Source: a virus (lineage: Duplodnaviria > Heunggongvirae > Uroviricota > Caudoviricetes). From it: 31,276 nt of DNA. A program made the translations under genes and the position numbers. The notes below the pieces were generated by a model. The model saw only the letters and a program-made list of their open reading frames with translations, had not been told where the DNA came from and ran no database searches. Below are positions 26,539 through 31,276 of the stretch, piece by piece. The stretch covers positions 1 through 31,276 of the IMG/VR virus record IMGVR_UViG_2534682222_000020, one strand, 5' to 3'. Within the stretch, counting starts at the first letter, position 1; each line of letters opens with the position of its first letter.

Positions 26539-27503
26539 CAGAAAGGCTCCTGCGTTTCACAGCCCTTGGCAGGGTCGAAGCCTAAAAACATCTCGCCGTA
26601 AGTCGCATTCCCCATTACCGGCCCACAATCCGGGCAGCAACCACCGCCAGCACGATCGCAGCCATCACACACGCGAAGAACGCCAATAACCTCGCCAGCC
26701 ATATCGCGGCTTTTGGCGCTCACAGAGCGGCGGACACTCAGGGAGTGAAGGTTGAAGGCGGAATAAATTTCGCGAGTTTCAGGCGTGTCGCTGTTTGAGA
26801 TGATCGAGCGGGTGGCGTACTGACGGTTAACAGCCACAAGAGCCGCTACCAGAGCGCGATGATCAACCAGGGTAAAGGGTTTGCCGTAAGCGGTGAAATT
26901 GGCGGTATCGCTCGCAGGAATATAGGGCGGGTCACAATAAATCACCGCGTCATGCGCGAGTTGCATAACGTCAGGGATAGATTGGCGGAAATCACTATGG
27001 ATAAAGACCGCTTTTGTGTCGCTGGCCTTTTCGGCGAATAAGCGCATTTCCGCTTCAGGAAAGTAAGGCTCGGCATACTTACCGAATGGAACGTTGAATT
27101 CGCCCTTCTGGTTAACGCGATACAGACCGTTATAGCCATGGCGATTCAGATACAGGAAATACGCGGCATAAAGCATTGCTGCGTCCGGATCAGAGTCAGC
27201 CTGGCGGGCCAGTGAATTGAACTCTGTGCGCCGTCTGTAGTATTCCTCCGCACTGTTTCCGCCTTTGAAAGCCCAGCGGCAGGCGGCAATAGCGTCTTCT
27301 TTGCGGCCGGTTAATTGTCGGAAAAAATTAATCAGTGCGATATTGCTGTCGCAGAGAACGTAGCGGCGGTAATCCGTGTTCATAAACACAGTTCCACTAC
27401 CCACAAACGGCTCAATCAGACAATCCGCTTTCGGCAAATGCTTAAGCAGCTGCGGCATAACGCGGGTTTTTCCTCCCGCCCATTTGATTGGCGATCTGAT
27501 CAT
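26538..27503 (-). CDS. dam: Dam-family DNA adenine methyltransferase with Cys-rich C-terminal extension
   Basis: 321 aa; PIKWAGGK, EPFVGSGTV, LYLNRHGYNGLYRVN, FNVPFG, YCDPPY align with recalled E. coli Dam along its length; about 45 extra C-terminal residues with CDGC...CCPDC; ATG 27501..27503 overlaps the upstream stop. Confidence 0.85.
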   Translation of the reverse strand: MIRSPIKWAGGKTRVMPQLLKHLPKADCLIEPFVGSGTVFMNTDYRRYVLCDSNIALINFFRQLTGRKEDAIAACRWAFKGGNSAEEYYRRRTEFNSLARQADSDPDAAMLYAAYFLYLNRHGYNGLYRVNQKGEFNVPFGKYAEPYFPEAEMRLFAEKASDTKAVFIHSDFRQSIPDVMQLAHDAVIYCDPPYIPASDTANFTAYGKPFTLVDHRALVAALVAVNRQYATRSIISNSDTPETREIYSAFNLHSLSVRRSVSAKSRDMAGEVIGVLRVCDGCDRAGGGCCPDCGPVMGNATYGEMFLGFDPAKGCETQEPF

Positions 27504-27727
27504 TTGCGAAACTCCTGGTTGTAGGTTTCATGGGTCATGAGTCGCCACTGAGCGCCGCCGTTTTTGCTAAGCAAGCGCCAGCGACGGCCAATGCGGATCA
27601 CGAGATAGGCGTGCGGTTTGACGCGGGAGAAGTTGTGCTGACCACGTGAAAAACATTTCAGGGCGGCAATCGCCCTGGTGCATACAGGCAATGGCGCGCT
27701 GCAAACGATTGAAAGACGCGGATGCAT
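27500..27727 (-). CDS. Small hypothetical early protein (75 aa)
   Basis: ORF 27500..27739; preferred ATG 27725..27727 (MHPRLS...) with GAGGG RBS; basic, Arg/Trp-rich; stop overlaps the Dam start. Confidence 0.45.
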   Translation of the reverse strand: MHPRLSIVCSAPLPVCTRAIAALKCFSRGQHNFSRVKPHAYLVIRIGRRWRLLSKNGGAQWRLMTHETYNQEFRK

Positions 27728-27735
27728 GGTGGCCC

Positions 27736-28284
27736 TCACAATGTTTCAAGGTGAGGGGAGGTCAGACGTTGCCATATCTCGCAGGCTTGCTCGGCTTGAT
27801 AGGCAGCATCGGTCAACATATAGGTAGCCGTTGACCTACGTGGATGGGGGGCATAACCGGTAACGCCTGCCAGCATGATCAGAGAGGCAAGGCAACGCAG
27901 TTTGAATGCGACGAATTGATGTCCCAAATCGTGCCTTCTTGCCGCATGGATTAACCACTGCGGCACTCGAGCAGAGCCCACAGTCCAGCAATTCAACTCG
28001 GTATGCAGGGAAGCATTTTCGCGAATGAAGGAAAAAAGCCCCGCTACCGCATTAAGTTCAGTGCATGTCGCAGAGATAACCTCTGCTCTTTGATGGGCAT
28101 CTCCTTTAAGCAGCTCCAGCACTGCTTCTGGATCGATATATTCAACAGTGCGAAGGTCTACAGCCCGATAATATTGCGGGCCTAACTTTCCTGTTGATGG
28201 CTCGAAGAAAACACACTCAATAGCAAAGATTGGCGAATCTGGCGCTTTCCCCAGCGCTCGAATATCTAACATGAAGTTATTCAT
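27736..28284 (-). CDS. Hypothetical early protein (182 aa), possibly degenerate DEDD-type exonuclease fold
   Basis: ATG 28282..28284 with GAGGA RBS, ATGA-coupled to the upstream ORF. Weak motif resemblance only (AIECVFFEPSTG; Y-x3-D in YMLTD); function unassigned. Confidence 0.4.
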   Translation of the reverse strand: MNNFMLDIRALGKAPDSPIFAIECVFFEPSTGKLGPQYYRAVDLRTVEYIDPEAVLELLKGDAHQRAEVISATCTELNAVAGLFSFIRENASLHTELNCWTVGSARVPQWLIHAARRHDLGHQFVAFKLRCLASLIMLAGVTGYAPHPRRSTATYMLTDAAYQAEQACEIWQRLTSPHLETL

Positions 28285-28505
28285 TGTTTGTTATCCTCGT
28301 TAATGGTTAATTCGCGGCTTGCGATCCACCGCTCGACTGATGAATAAATCTCTTCTGGTGTGGCGCTTTCCTTTTTCAGCTGGCCGACAAAAATACGAAG
28401 CAACCCCAAAAGGTGGGCGCGTTCGTGTTTTCGTGCGTTGGTGCTTATCTCTACAAACTCCGGATCACTTATTTCGCCATCCAGCTTTATTGACTTAACC
28501 GACAT
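28281..28505 (-). CDS. Small hypothetical early protein (74 aa)
   Basis: ORF 28281..28526; preferred ATG 28503..28505 (MSVKSIKLDGE) with CAGGAGG RBS. Confidence 0.45.
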   Translation of the reverse strand: MSVKSIKLDGEISDPEFVEISTNARKHERAHLLGLLRIFVGQLKKESATPEEIYSSVERWIASRELTINEDNKQ

Positions 28506-28572
28506 GCAACCTCCTGAAAAAGGCAAAACGAATCCCCGGCAAAATAAATGCCGTTAATTTAAGCCTGCTTAA

Positions 28573-28845
28573 TTAGTGGTTAGGGCGAGGTTTTCTTTTA
28601 ACCTGTTTAAACAACCTTTCGTGCCAGTAATAAAGAAAATCAATAAAGGTCATTCGCGCACGCTCGTGATTACCTCGGATTGTTTTCTCCAGCCCGTAAA
28701 TAATCAGATCAATAGACGGGCTATCTGGCGCAATGATAATGCGATTTCCGTTTTTCAAAATTACTGTAAAACCCTGCTCCGCATTTTCTACCGCCTCGCG
28801 GATCAGCATTTCCCGTTCCCACGATGTTTTCTCTTCAGTAAACAT
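28573..28845 (-). CDS. Hypothetical early protein (90 aa)
   Basis: ATG 28843..28845 with AAGGGG RBS; no recognised motif. Confidence 0.45.
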   Translation of the reverse strand: MFTEEKTSWEREMLIREAVENAEQGFTVILKNGNRIIIAPDSPSIDLIIYGLEKTIRGNHERARMTFIDFLYYWHERLFKQVKRKPRPNH

Positions 28846-28862
28846 GTAAGCCCCTTTTCTTG

Positions 28863-29090
28863 TTACAAGAGTTTTTTAAATGCTCTTGCCAGGGTAGCCA
28901 GCACGCCTTTATTTATCTTTTTTGTATAAATAAAAGGTTTGCTCATTTCCTTAACAAAACGAACCTTATTAGGCTCCGGCTTAAAGAAACGCCCGTCCGG
29001 GCATTCAACCCAGCCCCGCGTATTACGGTAGTGTGTAACCTGACAACCATTTTTCAGGAGGCTTGCAAGTGATGGGATCTCTTCGTTCAT
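28863..29090 (-). CDS. Hypothetical early protein (75 aa)
   Basis: ATG 29088..29090; basic C-terminus; no recognised motif. Confidence 0.4.
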   Translation of the reverse strand: MNEEIPSLASLLKNGCQVTHYRNTRGWVECPDGRFFKPEPNKVRFVKEMSKPFIYTKKINKGVLATLARAFKKLL

Positions 29091-29102
29091 ATCGTATACC
29101 TG

Positions 29103-29276
29103 TTAAAGTTGCCCGCGTGCTTTGCGCTCTACTTCTTCCCGGCGCGCTTTAAATTCTGATAAGGCTTTTTCTCTTTTCTGCCTAACTTTCTTGCAGTGCA
29201 ACCTGATTAAAAGCTGAATCAGGCTTATTACTGCGATAGAAAAAATTAAGAGCCCAACAATCATTTCAAGCTTCAT
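29103..29276 (-). CDS. Small single-pass membrane protein (about 57 aa)
   Basis: ORF 29103..29285; preferred ATG 29274..29276 (MKLEMIVGLLIFSIAVISLIQLLI, one TM helix) followed by a strongly basic/charged tail. Confidence 0.45.
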   Translation of the reverse strand: MKLEMIVGLLIFSIAVISLIQLLIRLHCKKVRQKREKALSEFKARREEVERKARGQL

Positions 29277-29481
29277 ATTTTTCACCGCGCTTTAATCTAT
29301 CAATGGTCACCATTGCCTCTGCAAACGCAAAATCAATACCGAAATAGCAGCCGCCGTGCGTAATCTGATATCGCTGGCGGCTGTATGGTTTTTTGCGTGG
29401 GAGTTTCAGAATGGTAAAGCCACGGTAAAGGCTGGTTTTACTATTCAGCTGCGTCACCGCTCCGCCAAATCCACTTTTCAT
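29266..29481 (-). CDS. Small hypothetical early protein (71 aa)
   Basis: ORF 29266..29523; preferred ATG 29479..29481 (MKSGFGGAV...) with GGGAGGGGG RBS; first gene after cox. Confidence 0.45.
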   Translation of the reverse strand: MKSGFGGAVTQLNSKTSLYRGFTILKLPRKKPYSRQRYQITHGGCYFGIDFAFAEAMVTIDRLKRGEKYEA

Positions 29482-29507
29482 GTTCCCCCTCCCTGAAGCG
29501 GTTCGCA

Positions 29508-29780
29508 TTAAAGCCCCATCCACAACAACCAGGCATCACGCTGTTCTACCGGGCGGTTGTAATACGCCTCACGCACAGCACGATTGAACTCAGGGATGTA
29601 AACCCAGCGCTCACCGGCGCGTGCGTTCGGTTTGGTTGGGTCGCGCAGTTCAATCACTGGCAGCTTTCGGGCTTTGATCATTTCTTCTACTGCGGTCTTA
29701 GGTTTGCCGATCAGCTCGGCGAACTTCTCCACATGGACAGCATCAAGCGGATATTTGATTGCGTAATCGCTCGCTTCCAT
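29508..29780 (-). CDS. cox: Cox (excisionase and lysogeny-promoter repressor)
   Basis: 90 aa; FAELIGK..AV..MI...KLPVIE..DP....RAGE.WVY.P..N.......RP.E.RD.WL.W.GL matches recalled P2 Cox; divergent from C. Confidence 0.85.
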   Translation of the reverse strand: MEASDYAIKYPLDAVHVEKFAELIGKPKTAVEEMIKARKLPVIELRDPTKPNARAGERWVYIPEFNRAVREAYYNRPVEQRDAWLLWMGL

Positions 29781-29932
29781 CGTTCACGCTCCTGTTAGCT
29801 CGTGTTAATCTCGTAAGATCCAGCCCTTTCTAAACCGTTTGAAAACGTTCTAGCGGCTGGCTTTCACTCCTCGCAAGGTTCCATAAACGAACCTTGATGA
29901 GGCAAATCTAGTTCTAATTTGGAACTCTGTCA
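29781..29932. promoter_or_regulatory. Immunity switch region (expected face-to-face early and repressor promoters with operators)
   Basis: 152-bp AT-rich intergenic region between divergent cox and C; short inverted repeats gttc-N7-gaac (29911..29925), ggttc-N7-gaacc (29877..29893), and near-palindrome ctaaaccgtttgaaaacgttctag (29830..29853). Promoter hexamers not confidently assigned. Confidence 0.5.
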
Positions 29933-30226
29933 ATGACCTTTGAAGAGAAGCTAAAGCTGATCCGCAGTGCGGAAGAGATCAACCAAGCACAACTTTCTGA
30001 TATGACTGGAATTTCATTAAGTACGTTGAAGAAGATTGAGGCTGGGTATCACGATCCGGGCTGGAATGTTTTAAGCAAGATCACTCAACATCCCCGCTTT
30101 CAGAAATACACGCTATGGCTGATGACTGACAAAACCTCCCCGCAGGCTGGTCAGATTGCACCGGCCCTCGCGCACATTGGGCCAGACTCGCCGGAATCAG
30201 ACCAATCCGAGAAACAGACTGGCTAA
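29933..30226 (+). CDS. C: Immunity repressor C
   Basis: 97 aa; Q.T.P.F.KYTLW.MT....P..GQIAPALAH.G matches recalled P2 C repressor; followed by int on the same strand. Confidence 0.85.
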   Translation: MTFEEKLKLIRSAEEINQAQLSDMTGISLSTLKKIEAGYHDPGWNVLSKITQHPRFQKYTLWLMTDKTSPQAGQIAPALAHIGPDSPESDQSEKQTG

Positions 30227-30245
30227 CAGTTTATAAACATTACAT

Positions 30246-30274
30246 TTTCACTATTTGTTACCAAGATAGTGAAA
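30246..30274 (+). other. Perfect 9-bp inverted repeat between C and int
   Basis: Seen: tttcactat-ttgttaccaag-atagtgaaa; 21 nt upstream of the int ATG; no T-tract. Confidence 0.4.
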
Positions 30275-30295
30275 TCTGCGCCGGAGGGCTTTCTT

Positions 30296-31276
30296 ATGTC
30301 GATTAAGAAGCTCGATGATGGTCGCTACATGGTGGACATTAGACCGCGCGGGGCAGCAGGACGCCGCATCCGCAAGACGTTTGACAGAAAGGCAGAAGCT
30401 ACCGCGTTTGAGCAATACACGATAGCGAACGCCAGCCAAAAAGAATGGGCTGGTAAGCGCGCCGACCGGCGGCCTTTAAGTGAGTTGCTCGATGCCTGGT
30501 GGCGGTATCACGGGCAAAACCATGAAAACGGCAAAAAGGAATTCAATCACCTTTTGAAAACAATAAGTGGCCTCGGCGATCCCGCCGTTAGCCGGTTAAG
30601 CAAAAGGGATTTAATGGATTACCGCTCAAGCCGTTTGAATGCCGGGATCAAGGCATCAACGATTAATCGCGAGATGTACCGATTATCCGGCATGTTTACG
30701 AAGTTAATACAGATAGAGGAATTTAGCGGGCAACACCCTGTTAACGGGCTTCCACCACTGGCGGAAGAAAACCCGGAAATGACATTCCTGGAGCGGGAAG
30801 AGATCAACAGTTTGCTGAGCGTGCTGGAGGGGGATTATCTGTTAGTTGCCCTACTGTGCCTGAGCACCGGCGGAAGATGGTCAGAGGTCGCCACGCTTAA
30901 GCGGTCGAATATCGTTAACTGCCGCGTCACGTTCCTGAAGACCAAGAACGGGAAAAAGCGAACGGTGCCGATCTCTGAAGAGCTGGAAAACAAGGTGAAA
31001 AAAGAGGCCAGCGGGAAGCTGTTCAAAGTGGATTATGAAAGGTTCTGCAAGATACTGCGGGCGGTGAAGCCGGATATTCCGGAAAACCAGGCAACACACA
31101 TCCTGCGACACACCTTTGCAAGCCATTTCATGATGAACGGCGGGAATATTATCGCACTGCAACAGATTCTGGGACATGCGAATATTCAGCAAACGATGGT
31201 CTATGCGCACCTGTCGCCTGACTACCTGCAAAACGCGGTTACACTGAATCCATTGCAGGGAGGAATTGCGGCATAA
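30296..31276 (+). CDS. int: Tyrosine integrase (P2 Int family)
   Basis: ORF 30269..31276; preferred ATG 30296 (MSIKKLDDGRYMVDIRP) with GGAGGG RBS; C-terminal catalytic region HILRHTFASHFMMNGGNI...LGHANIQQTMVYAHL with the nucleophilic Tyr; stop at 31274..31276. Confidence 0.9.
   Translation: MSIKKLDDGRYMVDIRPRGAAGRRIRKTFDRKAEATAFEQYTIANASQKEWAGKRADRRPLSELLDAWWRYHGQNHENGKKEFNHLLKTISGLGDPAVSRLSKRDLMDYRSSRLNAGIKASTINREMYRLSGMFTKLIQIEEFSGQHPVNGLPPLAEENPEMTFLEREEINSLLSVLEGDYLLVALLCLSTGGRWSEVATLKRSNIVNCRVTFLKTKNGKKRTVPISEELENKVKKEASGKLFKVDYERFCKILRAVKPDIPENQATHILRHTFASHFMMNGGNIIALQQILGHANIQQTMVYAHLSPDYLQNAVTLNPLQGGIAA

Overview
The window is almost entirely one P2-like (Peduovirus-type) temperate prophage, lying in reverse orientation to the usual P2 map. 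All calls rest on reading the ORF translations and the DNA by eye and on recalled similarity to P2 proteins; no database search was run. Left to right: a lipoprotein gene (host or cargo), ogr, tail gene D (both minus strand); the tail block FI-FII-E/E'-T-U on the plus strand; a Hin/Gin-type invertase gene that appears frameshifted; an invertible tail-fibre segment (about 8421..10293) bounded by 26-bp inverted repeats; then on the minus strand H, I, J, W, V, S, R, the lysis cassette, X, L, M, N, O; then P and Q on the plus strand; a cos-like site; a Dam-like methyltransferase in the cos-proximal cargo position; replication gene A; an early operon with a second, full-length Dam and about eight small unassigned ORFs; and the Cox / C / integrase immunity-integration module, with int ending at the window edge. 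The att sites lie outside the window. No tRNA, rRNA, CRISPR array or IS element was recognised. Most worth a second look: the tail-fibre switch with an apparently broken invertase, the FI-U block inverted relative to D/ogr with a single TGT-N12-ACA dyad between them, the two orphan Dam-class methyltransferases, and the unassigned early-operon ORFs, which are the best candidate for something undescribed, though I cannot assign them a function from sequence alone.
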